IMG/VR virus record: IMGVR_UViG_3300029448_000010
Location: 19,931 to 83,930 of that record
Reading direction: 5' to 3' (one strand)
From: a virus
Length of the DNA stretch: 64,000 nucleotides
The position numbers were made by a program, and so were the translations under genes. Of the stretch, positions 19,200 to 27,208 are shown one piece after another. The notes under the pieces are model-generated. The model worked only from the letters and a program-made list of their open reading frames with translations. It was not told the DNA's origin and did no database searches. Position 1 is the first letter of the stretch. The number at the start of each line of letters is the position of its first letter.

Positions 19200-20633
19200 T
19201 CATCTCTTTGGTTTTGGCCCGCAATAGAACAGATTCTTCTTTGCTCTAGTAATTGCTACATAGCAAATGTTTCTCTCTTCTTTAGGATTAGTAGCCTTTG
19301 GGTGAGGCATTCTTTCAGTAGCAAGGATATATACATTGTCTGCTTCAAGACCCTTGGCCTTGTGAACAGTGGATAGCATAATCTCACCTTTGTCATTGTT
19401 ATCGAATACTCTCTTAATTTCAGCAATAATTCCACCAACAGTGTCAGCCTTACTTGAAAGAATAAGCAAACATTCATGCTTGTCTTCAAGGTTATTTGCT
19501 TGGTTAAACTTCTCAGCCTTAACCAATTTATTATACTGGAAAGTATAGTCTTGTTGTAGTAAATCAATAAACTCTTTTGAACCCATACTCTCGTTAGAAG
19601 TAATCTTCTTAACTGCATTAATCAATCCCTTAGTCATGTCACGGCCTAGAATATAGGCAGACTTACCTTGAAGGATTAGGTCATAGAAAGCAGAAACTAG
19701 CGGTGCATTATATCTGCACAATACCATATCTCCCTCTAAAGGAGTAAAGGCCGCATTTACAATTACATTACCATCTTCTGCATCAGAACGGCAACTAAAA
19801 TCTGTTACATATCTGTTTGCTTCAGCAACGACGCTTTTAGGACATCTCCAAGTTAGACTCAAGGAGAAACGCTTTGTTTCTCTATCATCATGACTTAATC
19901 TTTCAGCAAACATATTCATTGAATTTGAATCTGCTCCACGGAAGCCATAAATTGCCTGATTAGGGTCGCCTACAATAATACATCTGCCGCTTCCCACACA
20001 TCTTGAAATTAACTCTCTTTGCATTTCATTGAAGTCTTGCGCTTCATCAACGAATAGAGTATCAAAGGTAGGTAATGGCATGTTTAGCACCAAAGGCAAC
20101 CAAATCATATCATCAAAATCAATCATTGAAGTATTCTCCATACATCTGTTAAGAATGGCTGGAATGTTCGCTAATGCGATTGCTTCTTCACGGTCTGATT
20201 TAAATTCAACATTGTATTCATCAATTAGTCTATGAATTTCTAGAACATCATTACCATCAATCAATGAACCTTTAATTAGACTAATTAGTTTAACTAGTGG
20301 CTGTGCGTAAAAGTCACGACCTAGAATATCATCAATAATATTCTTTACTTTGAAGTTGTTTACTTTGGTTTTGATACCTGCGGCTCTTAATGCTGCAAAT
20401 CCTAAAGCATGGAAAGTTTTTGCTTCAACATCATTAGGAAGTCTTTCTCCTAATTCAGTCGCTATTGACTTATTAAATGCCAAAAACGCTTTCTTATTTC
20501 CATTATCTCTATTCGCTCCTTCAACAATTGTAAAGGTTTTACCAACACCGGCTCCCGCATCAACTATGATGTGTGAGTTACCGTGTGCTATTTCCTCCCA
20601 TATTGCTCTTTGTTCTATTGTTCCATTTATCAT
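19200..20633 (-). CDS. Superfamily 1 (UvrD/Rep-like) helicase
   Basis: AGAGVGKT, VDEAQD, VGDPNQAIYGFRGA, STVHKAKGLE, YVAITRAK. Confidence 0.95.
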   Translation of the reverse strand: MINGTIEQRAIWEEIAHGNSHIIVDAGAGVGKTFTIVEGANRDNGNKKAFLAFNKSIATELGERLPNDVEAKTFHALGFAALRAAGIKTKVNNFKVKNIIDDILGRDFYAQPLVKLISLIKGSLIDGNDVLEIHRLIDEYNVEFKSDREEAIALANIPAILNRCMENTSMIDFDDMIWLPLVLNMPLPTFDTLFVDEAQDFNEMQRELISRCVGSGRCIIVGDPNQAIYGFRGADSNSMNMFAERLSHDDRETKRFSLSLTWRCPKSVVAEANRYVTDFSCRSDAEDGNVIVNAAFTPLEGDMVLCRYNAPLVSAFYDLILQGKSAYILGRDMTKGLINAVKKITSNESMGSKEFIDLLQQDYTFQYNKLVKAEKFNQANNLEDKHECLLILSSKADTVGGIIAEIKRVFDNNDKGEIMLSTVHKAKGLEADNVYILATERMPHPKATNPKEERNICYVAITRAKKNLFYCGPKPKR

Positions 20634-20868
20634 TGTTATTCCTCCATTTTTATTTGTGAGTAGGTGGGAGAAGGAGTGCGATGTATAAATACATCATATC
20701 TTCTTGTTGTAGCCCCTTGCTCTCGACTTCTCCCGTTGAAGCGGTAATACTTGGTATTACTTTTTGCTCCAATACTAAGGGGGGCCACACTATATGAAGG
20801 GTGCCGCAGGTCGCCCGACCCCCCTTGATTAACAATTAAATGCCAATCTAGGGTCACTTAACAGTCAA

Positions 20869-20909
20869 TAAAAAAAGCCCCCACCGAGAGCGAACTCCCG
20901 ATGAGGGCA
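20869..20909 (-). terminator. Intrinsic-type terminator
   Basis: Minus strand GCCCTCATCGGGAG-TTCG-CTCTCGGTGGGGGC followed by TTTTTTT. Confidence 0.7.
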
Positions 20910-20957
20910 ATAGCCTGTTAAGGCGAAACCATACCGACTTAATCAAAGCGAATTACT

Positions 20958-21434
20958 TCACTCTGAAGAATCATCTGACAAAAGCGAGTTAACGCTTCCA
21001 TCCCATGTCTTTAGACGATACTGCTTAGAAAGCATGTTTCGTACTTTCTTAGTCTGTGCCGAAGCATAGTCTTCAGCAGAGTCAAATACTCCGCCACCGG
21101 ACTTTGCGTGTTTTAGAGACACTGCCGCTATAATACCATCATGGTTATAGTACGCTAATGCCGCTTCTTCAACAACTCCACAAATGCGGTCAATTGCTAC
21201 TCTAACTGCTGCTGGAACACTACTTCTTTGTCCACGACGGCCCAAAGGTGAACCATCACGGCCCTTCAATAGTGCCTTTAGTGCGTTTGTAGCCGCATCT
21301 CTTTCATTCGGGTTTTCCTGACCAACTTGAAGGTGCAACTCAACAACTTGCTTGAGTGCGCCATCTAACTGTTCATCTGCTTCTAGGTAATCGTTAATCT
21401 CGATAACGAGACTGTCCCATTTTACATCTTCCAT
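20958..21434 (-). CDS. Hypothetical protein, paralog family A (copy 1)
   Basis: Likely start MEDVKW after GGAGG; shares HAKSGGG and WDG motifs with the ORFs at 24780 and 25583. Confidence 0.75.
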   Translation of the reverse strand: MEDVKWDSLVIEINDYLEADEQLDGALKQVVELHLQVGQENPNERDAATNALKALLKGRDGSPLGRRGQRSSVPAAVRVAIDRICGVVEEAALAYYNHDGIIAAVSLKHAKSGGGVFDSAEDYASAQTKKVRNMLSKQYRLKTWDGSVNSLLSDDSSE

Positions 21435-21509
21435 ATTTCTCAATTCCTCCCCGCTAACTACGGGGCAAACTCTCCACTGGCTAACCATATATAAGGAGAG
21501 TCAATGACC

Positions 21510-22120
21510 TATTTCCGATGTAATTCAGACACCTTTACTTATTACACCTACAACATAATGATTATCAATAATAATTAACTAATTACGATATATCGAATTA
21601 TAATTAAAAAAGAAATGGCTCATTTTAATTAGGCAAACATTATTCCACCGGAAAAATAAGAGGAATAATAATAGGTAGTAAAACGACAGGGTTGTGATAC
21701 ATAACTATTCTAATTCTAGGAGGTTTGACATTATTCCATTATTCCACTTTTTTTAGGGGGTCACTATCTCATAGGGTCTATACATAACCCTAGAGAATCT
21801 AAGGGGTTCATATCCCATAAGAAACAAAGGGGATATACTTGTCAGATTGCCTTAGAGTATATGGAATAATGGAATAATGGAATAAAAAAATATCTTTATA
21901 CTTATGTTACATAACCCTCTAGTTTCTTTAATTATATTTCCATTTTGGGGTGGAAACATCGGTGGAAACATCTTTTCCATTGTATATTATATGATATATT
22001 ATATTCATATTGAATACCTATACCATAGTTATACGCTCAATTGAAAGATAGATTAACTAATAGTCCACTATTCCGGTAGTGAAATATTACCTCCAAATAA
22101 TCGCTCGTTAATACTATGTA
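21510..22120. repeat. AT-rich ORF-free tract with direct and inverted short repeats (candidate replication origin or genome end)
   Basis: (GGAATAAT)x3 at about 21863-21885, inverse ATTATTCC copies at about 21639 and 21730-21746, (GGTGGAAACATC)x2 at about 21949-21972. Confidence 0.5.
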
Positions 22121-22174
22121 TCTTGGTTGTAGTGGCACTTTGCAGAACGGAAACCCTAAAAAAATAGGAGGGGA

Positions 22175-22206
22175 GGCTCCATAGGGGGCGAACCCCCTAT
22201 GAAGCC
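22175..22206 (-). terminator. UUCG hairpin terminator of cassette 1
   Basis: Minus strand GGCTTCATAGGGGG-TTCG-CCCCCTATGGAGCC, then a pyrimidine run and T7. Confidence 0.7.
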
Positions 22207-22255
22207 AACTTTGGGTGCAATACCCAGTTAACTGAGTGAAAAATCAGATAATTCT

Positions 22256-22516
22256 TCATTCGTCGTTGCGCTTATTGTTCAACCTGCGAATCATGTTGAC
22301 AATTTTGTTCTGGTCGTATTTGGTAAAACTACCTGACATGACTATTCTCAAATCTTCATTGAGATGAAACCTGTCAAGTCTGATGCTGGGATTAACATCC
22401 ATCAATCGCCCGACAAAAGCCAGTATTTTCTTTCTATATCTAAAAGCATCAGAGCAGTATTGAATATCAATACTCCCTGCGCCAGTCATCAAGTCTATGT
22501 TCATTTGTGCGCCCAT
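22256..22516 (-). CDS. Hypothetical protein (cassette gene)
   Basis: 86 aa; GGTGA SD and CCTATATCAT TATA upstream. Confidence 0.7.
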   Translation of the reverse strand: MGAQMNIDLMTGAGSIDIQYCSDAFRYRKKILAFVGRLMDVNPSIRLDRFHLNEDLRIVMSGSFTKYDQNKIVNMIRRLNNKRNDE

Positions 22517-22565
22517 ATTATCACCTTGTAATGATAATGGCTCCTGTATATGATATAGGCTCCCT

Positions 22566-22600
22566 CAAAGTTACGACCATATGGTTGTAAATCGGCTTTG
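22566..22600. repeat. Conserved palindromic inter-cassette element 1
   Basis: CAAAG TTACG ACCATATGGT TGTAA ATCGG CTTTG. Confidence 0.85.
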
Positions 22601-22681
22601 GTAATTTGCGTTCTTAAAAAAATAGAAAAAAATGATGCAGGGCCGATTTAAGTCACCCTGCATCATTTTTTACATCAAACC

Positions 22682-23047
22682 TCATACATGCCATCGAATA
22701 GCCGTTTTTGGCATTGTCATCAGCAGTGAAAACGCTGCTTTGATATACGATTCTTCATTTTCTTTATCGAAGAAATCACAAGTTATCGACAATATTTCTT
22801 GAAGGTTTTCGGGAACATCACTGAAATTGATTGAGGGTTTCAATCCATTTTCAAGTACCAAGTTTTTGAAATCTGCATACATTTTAATTCCATTATCGGA
22901 CATCAAAGTTATTCCATCTCGTTCTCGGACACATTGACCACATAGAACAGTTATGTTGATTTCTGACAATTCATCTTCATGTTCTGAACCATAAAACCCA
23001 TAACTGACCGTTTCTCCACATTCGCACATACTCTCACACCATGACAT
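22682..23047 (-). CDS. Hypothetical Zn-binding protein (cassette gene)
   Basis: CECG...CGQC; GGTGA SD and CCTATATCAT TATA upstream. Confidence 0.7.
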   Translation of the reverse strand: MSWCESMCECGETVSYGFYGSEHEDELSEINITVLCGQCVRERDGITLMSDNGIKMYADFKNLVLENGLKPSINFSDVPENLQEILSITCDFFDKENEESYIKAAFSLLMTMPKTAIRWHV

Positions 23048-23094
23048 ATTATCACCTATTAATATCTATTATTGAAGATGATATAGGGCCGCTA

Positions 23095-23125
23095 CAAAGT
23101 CACAACCATATGGTATTAGACTTTG
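23095..23125. repeat. Conserved palindromic inter-cassette element 2
   Basis: CAAAG TCACA ACCATATGGT ATTAGA CTTTG. Confidence 0.85.
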
Positions 23126-23142
23126 AGCATCCTTCGGAGAAC

Positions 23143-23594
23143 AAAAAAAATAATGAAGAAAATCCGGTTAATAGGTCAATCAACTACAATACTGCATTGT
23201 TTTTACCCATTTCTCTAGAACTATGGGACTATTTTTTAGCAGAATCACATGTAGTTATGTGATTGACTTTTCACCTTCATTTCTCCATATGGGAATTGAA
23301 AGGTGTTGGACAGGCTATCTTTTAGATTCCTGCATTGTGAGTGAATTATCTTGCATCACTAAGTTTGAAAGTCCGTTATGGATTTCATATATGAGGTCAC
23401 AAACTACACAATCTATTCATTGACAGTCAATCAACGCCCTTTTGAGGAACATAGGCCAAGAGCCACTATTCTAACTCATTTGAGCATCGAATACTGGTTA
23501 GACTCGCCACCACAGCGATTAGTGCATACCTTACGCCCCTTCAAGCGCATTCGGTCACCAACTATCCCAAGAACCCGCTAAAGTACCTTGAGAC
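23143..23594 (-). ncRNA. Candidate ~450-nt non-coding RNA occupying a whole cassette
   Basis: Same promoter and initiator (ATATTATTGTCTCAA) as the 25307 gene and a terminal T-tract, but no minus-strand ORF of 60 aa or more; 5' hairpin GUCUCAAG/CUUGGGAU. Confidence 0.45.
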
Positions 23595-23630
23595 AATAAT
23601 ATGGCACATTACCGTATATATCGGCTACTA

Positions 23631-23661
23631 CAAAGTTACTACCATATGGTAGTGTACTTTG
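23631..23661. repeat. Conserved palindromic inter-cassette element 3
   Basis: CAAAG TTACT ACCATATGGT AGTGTA CTTTG, a near-perfect palindrome. Confidence 0.85.
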
Positions 23662-23730
23662 GTGATAGCCTATTTCAAAAAAAAAATAATAGAAAGCCGA
23701 TGTAAGTCACTTTCTATTATTTTTTTATTT

Positions 23731-23879
23731 TGGACACCCACTATGGCACTTTAGACGACCATGTTTCATCAGTTAATGTCAGACTACTGGCCAGTAGTCC
23801 AAATACACCGGATGAGTTTTTGTTTCCCCGTCATTTTTCTGTACCAAACTATTCGGTCAGATTGTGCCACAGTGAGTGT
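23731..23879 (-). ncRNA. Candidate structured RNA: 16-bp closing stem ending in CCA, with internal hairpins
   Basis: ACACUCACUGUGGCAC (23879-23864) pairs with GUGCCAUAGUGGGUGU (23749-23734), immediately followed by CCA. Confidence 0.5.
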
Positions 23880-23884
23880 GGAAT

Positions 23885-24061
23885 CTATTCATCCCATAAA
23901 GCCGCTCTGAAATGCTTTTCGTTGAATGTGTCGCTATCTTCACTTAGCATAGCACATAATTCATTCACTAGGTCTTCATGGCTTATTAGGCCATCAGACA
24001 TAGTAACATGATTGAGTACTTTTACTAATGCGAGATAATGTCTTTTTGAAAACTTGCTCAT
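23885..24061 (-). CDS. Small hypothetical protein (58 aa)
   Basis: Not in the track; MSKFSKRHYLALVKVL...FNEKHFRAALWDE; ATGA-coupled to the 24058 gene. Confidence 0.65.
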   Translation of the reverse strand: MSKFSKRHYLALVKVLNHVTMSDGLISHEDLVNELCAMLSEDSDTFNEKHFRAALWDE

Positions 24062-24522
24062 TCTTCTTCATCTCCTGATAGGTCTAAGTCCCGAATACAC
24101 AATATAGCCGCAGTACGGTTTCTATCGAATGTGTCGTCATTATCGAATAGAGTTTCAGTCATTTTATGTAATTGAAATGACACTACAAGTTTCATATCTT
24201 CATCCTTAATCAAGGGAAGTTGTTTCTGTAACTTCAATAATTTATTGATTCTGCCTCTAATCCATGCACGGTCAATCATTTTGTTACCTGTGCTACTAAC
24301 TTCATCTATTTGCACAACTCCGACATCAGTACCAAACACAACATAATCAACGCATGTAATTGTTAATTTGTTAAGGCTCATAGTCCATTCAATATCCGTG
24401 CTTGTATCTCTTTCACTCCACATACTAACCATTGTGTTAGTATCTGTGAATTGATATACCATTTGTTTCTTGATTGTTCCATCATTATACACTGTATCGC
24501 CATAGGTAGTTATTATCTCCAT
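24058..24522 (-). CDS. Hypothetical protein (cassette gene, probably leaderless)
   Basis: 154 aa; ATG lies about 25 nt downstream of CCTAAATA, with no SD. Confidence 0.7.
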   Translation of the reverse strand: MEIITTYGDTVYNDGTIKKQMVYQFTDTNTMVSMWSERDTSTDIEWTMSLNKLTITCVDYVVFGTDVGVVQIDEVSSTGNKMIDRAWIRGRINKLLKLQKQLPLIKDEDMKLVVSFQLHKMTETLFDNDDTFDRNRTAAILCIRDLDLSGDEEE

Positions 24523-24558
24523 GTTAATATGGCATATTGGGGGCTATTTAGGCTAGCA

Positions 24559-24594
24559 CAAAGCCGCTACCATATGGTTGTAAAATGTGCTTTG
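24559..24594. repeat. Conserved palindromic inter-cassette element 4
   Basis: CAAAG CCGCT ACCATATGGT TGTAAAATGTG CTTTG. Confidence 0.85.
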
Positions 24595-24779
24595 GCGTTT
24601 GGCGTTCTTAAAAAAAAAGGGCTGGGAAAGGGGAATAGCGAGTAGGTTTCATTCTTCTCTCGCTATCCCCCTTTCTCTCATCTTATCGCATTGACTCTGT
24701 TCAGATTATTATAATTTTAACTGGTATTCCGATTGCCCGATGAGTATTAATTGGGGCCACAAAGGGTTTGAAGTGAGTA

Positions 24780-25307
24780 TCAGTGTGATTCCTCCGTTGA
24801 GTCCTCGTCACTTTCTTCATTGTCTGATGTTTCCTTAACTAGCGGAGTTATGTTAGTTAGTCCATCATCAGTCATTGTACCATCCCAACGGTCATCTTTC
24901 AATGCCGCCTTTAGTACTCTTACTGCTTTTGTTGCCATATCTTTTGCGTATGCGTCAATATCAGCGTAAACACCGCCGGTTTTGCCATGAGGAAGCATAA
25001 CTTCCAAAACAAGGTTAGCGTCAGTAATGGTTGCAAAGGCAGTTTGAATGCGGTTCTGAACAGAATCCACAACAGCCTGTATTGCTGGCTCTAGTGTTGA
25101 GCCACGGCCCTTCTTGATAGGTGAGTTTGGCAGTGTTTTGCACAATGCCCTTACTGCCTCCCAAAAACGGTTCCTATCTTCATCAGATGCGGCATCGTCG
25201 CCAGCATCTAAGTTTACTGTAATTACATTAGTCATGGCTCCAGCGTCATTGTGCTGTAACCATGCTCTGATTTCGTTAGACTTCATTATCCATTTATCGT
25301 TTTCCAT
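24780..25307 (-). CDS. Hypothetical protein, paralog family A (copy 2)
   Basis: Likely start MENDKW after GGAG; N-terminal half nearly identical to 25583..26068 (FWEAVRALCKTLPNSPIKKGRGSTL). Confidence 0.8.
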   Translation of the reverse strand: MENDKWIMKSNEIRAWLQHNDAGAMTNVITVNLDAGDDAASDEDRNRFWEAVRALCKTLPNSPIKKGRGSTLEPAIQAVVDSVQNRIQTAFATITDANLVLEVMLPHGKTGGVYADIDAYAKDMATKAVRVLKAALKDDRWDGTMTDDGLTNITPLVKETSDNEESDEDSTEESH

Positions 25308-25400
25308 TCTTTTCATCTCCTGTATTAAAATAACTCCTAATACCAACCTCAAACCCTTTGAGACAATAATATAGCACCCTGCGGTATATGTAGGGTTGAG

Positions 25401-25451
25401 CAAAGATACAACCATATGGTGTTAAGTGATTATGTAATAATCATCGCTTTG
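25401..25451. repeat. Conserved palindromic inter-cassette element 5
   Basis: CAAAG ATACA ACCATATGGT, a 26-nt self-complementary insert, then CTTTG. Confidence 0.8.
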
Positions 25452-25487
25452 CGACTTAACAGCCTATTAAAAAAATAAAAGGCTACA

Positions 25488-25543
25488 ACCGGCATAGACT
25501 GAATTAACAGATTAGAACTAGTTTTTAATTAGTCTATGCCGGT
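25488..25543 (-). terminator. Hairpin terminator of a cassette
   Basis: ACCGGCATAGACT...AGTCTATGCCGGT 13-bp inverted repeat; T-tract follows on the minus strand. Confidence 0.65.
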
Positions 25544-25582
25544 CATAATGTAAGTGGGGCTACGGGGGATATTCCGCATCAA

Positions 25583-26068
25583 TCATTCTTCTTCTTCAAC
25601 CTCCAGATTGAAGGTTTGAGCATTTAGTCCATCACGACTACCATCCCAAATACCATTCTTTAGACGCTTTTTGAGCGAACCTACAATAGTACTCGACATG
25701 TATGCTGAATACTCATCAGCAGTGAATAAACCACCGCCAGACTTACCGTGCTTCAATAATAGCATATTCATGCTACCAGTAGCAAAAAAATCAGAGGCCG
25801 CCTGTGCGACTTCATCTGATATTGAGTCAAGAACCGCTTGAATTTCGGGAGCAAGTGTTGAACCCCTTCCTTTCTTAATTGGGCTATTTGGCAGTGTTTT
25901 ACATAATGCTCTAACTGCTTCCCAAAATCTATCTCGGTCTTCATCTGTTGTTGCGCTATTACCTGCTTCAAGGTTAACTTGAATTACATTTGTCATAGCA
26001 CCTGCGTCATTTTCATTTAGCCATGCACTTATCATGCTGGCTCTTTCTGTCCATTTCTCTATATCCAT
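25583..26068 (-). CDS. Hypothetical protein, paralog family A (copy 3)
   Basis: 161 aa; MDIEKW..., HGKSGGG and WDG motifs. Confidence 0.8.
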   Translation of the reverse strand: MDIEKWTERASMISAWLNENDAGAMTNVIQVNLEAGNSATTDEDRDRFWEAVRALCKTLPNSPIKKGRGSTLAPEIQAVLDSISDEVAQAASDFFATGSMNMLLLKHGKSGGGLFTADEYSAYMSSTIVGSLKKRLKNGIWDGSRDGLNAQTFNLEVEEEE

Positions 26069-26170
26069 TAATAATCAACTCCTAATTGTGTTTGATTAAT
26101 GCTTCAATCCCCCGAAGCAATAATATAGCCACTTAGGGTATAATTAGGCTAGTCGTTCATTCTTCACTGG

Positions 26171-26225
26171 CAAAGCACCTACCATATGGTTGTGAGTCGT
26201 AATTCGTCTATATAGATGGCCTTTA
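26171..26225. repeat. Conserved palindromic inter-cassette element 6
   Basis: CAAAG CACCT ACCATATGGT TGTG...CTTTA; a degenerate seventh copy TACAACCATATGGCTTTGTA lies at 26384-26403. Confidence 0.75.
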
Positions 26226-26912
26226 TGACGATTAAAAACATTCGTTTTGGAGAATAAGGTATTTTTTAATAATGAAAGATAACACTTTAATTGAGTTGAT
26301 GCGATTATTTAGGTGATTTTGGCTTGTATGCGAAGTCACCTATATATTTTTAAAAAATCTATATAGGCCAACATAGCAGTTTATACAACCATATGGCTTT
26401 GTACAAATTTTTTATTTGCCTATATTAACATTAAAATGCCCATATTTAGGTGTTAATTAGCCAATATTAACATTTAAAGGTTAATTATTTCGCCATTATA
26501 CCGGCATACTTATACCATAAACAGGACTCGCTTAATACGGGATTGATAGTGTCAGACGATAATGATGCAATTAAACACCTTAATAATATAGTTAACATTA
26601 TTACACCAATACTTTCGGATATTAAAACTAATACTGAATCAAAGACTAATATACAAGTTACACCGGATAATAAGGTTAAATTAAAAGAAATAGCAAAGAT
26701 GCTTAAAACATTAAAAGCAAAGATTATAGCATTATACCATCCAAAGCCCACTAAACAAACTTCATTAAATATAAAATAACATTAAATCATTAAGATTTTA
26801 TTCTGGGAATACATTAATTAATAAAAAAATGCTGACGCTAGTGCCACAAAAATTCCGCCACAATTTTTCAAAAACGATTCTATTTTAAACAATTAACAGG
26901 AAAAGGATTAAT

Positions 26913-27203
26913 ATGACATGGAAAAATAGTATTAAAAAAGCCAAAAAGGTTTATGTTGTCGTAAAGTTCGGAGCATATCATAATCCTAAAGACCTTAAAT
27001 TGTCTGTCTTTGATGATAGGAAAAAGGCAGAAGAGGCTTTACAAAAAGTAACTTCATACAACGAAGATGGCAGTATAGATGACGGTAGTGGAAAAAGAAC
27101 GAAAGGCGAGGCATATATTTACCAAACTTACATGAATGAAGATTTCCCAAATACACCTAGATTACTAACGCCACTCAAAGATAGACAACAGAAAAAGAAG
27201 TGA
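26913..27203 (+). CDS. Tagged hypothetical protein (MTWKNSIKK)
   Basis: First convincing plus-strand gene; N-terminal W-tag. Confidence 0.7.
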   Translation: MTWKNSIKKAKKVYVVVKFGAYHNPKDLKLSVFDDRKKAEEALQKVTSYNEDGSIDDGSGKRTKGEAYIYQTYMNEDFPNTPRLLTPLKDRQQKKK

Positions 27204-27208
27204 TTAAT

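Noticed and set aside
376-20688. Plus-strand ORFs in the left arm (e.g. 376, 7611, 20350) and minus-strand ORFs in the right arm (e.g. 36012, 47247, 60505)
   Set aside because: They are antisense shadows of well-supported genes, with Ser/Phe/Leu-rich composition and no SD.
22682-23047. MSW start as another capsid-tagged protein
   Set aside because: MSWCESMC lacks the hydrophobic pair and Lys, and lies in the early minus-strand region.
23755-23775. CUGAUGA on the minus strand as a hammerhead ribozyme core
   Set aside because: It is followed directly by AAC with no stem II/GAAA arrangement. The similar CCGATGA...GAAA at about 20898-20928 is explained by a terminator on the other strand.
22566-26225. 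Repeated palindromes as a CRISPR array
   Set aside because: Spacing is 500-900 nt with whole genes between copies, repeats vary in length, and there are no cas genes.
22566-26225. Classical integron
   Set aside because: No tyrosine integrase in the window, no RYYYAAC/GTTRRRY attC ends, and cassettes carry their own promoters. Kept only as an analogy.
26543-26779. 78-aa plus-strand ORF as a real gene
   Set aside because: Non-ATG start, atypical composition and an overlapping antisense ORF; cannot be supported from sequence alone.
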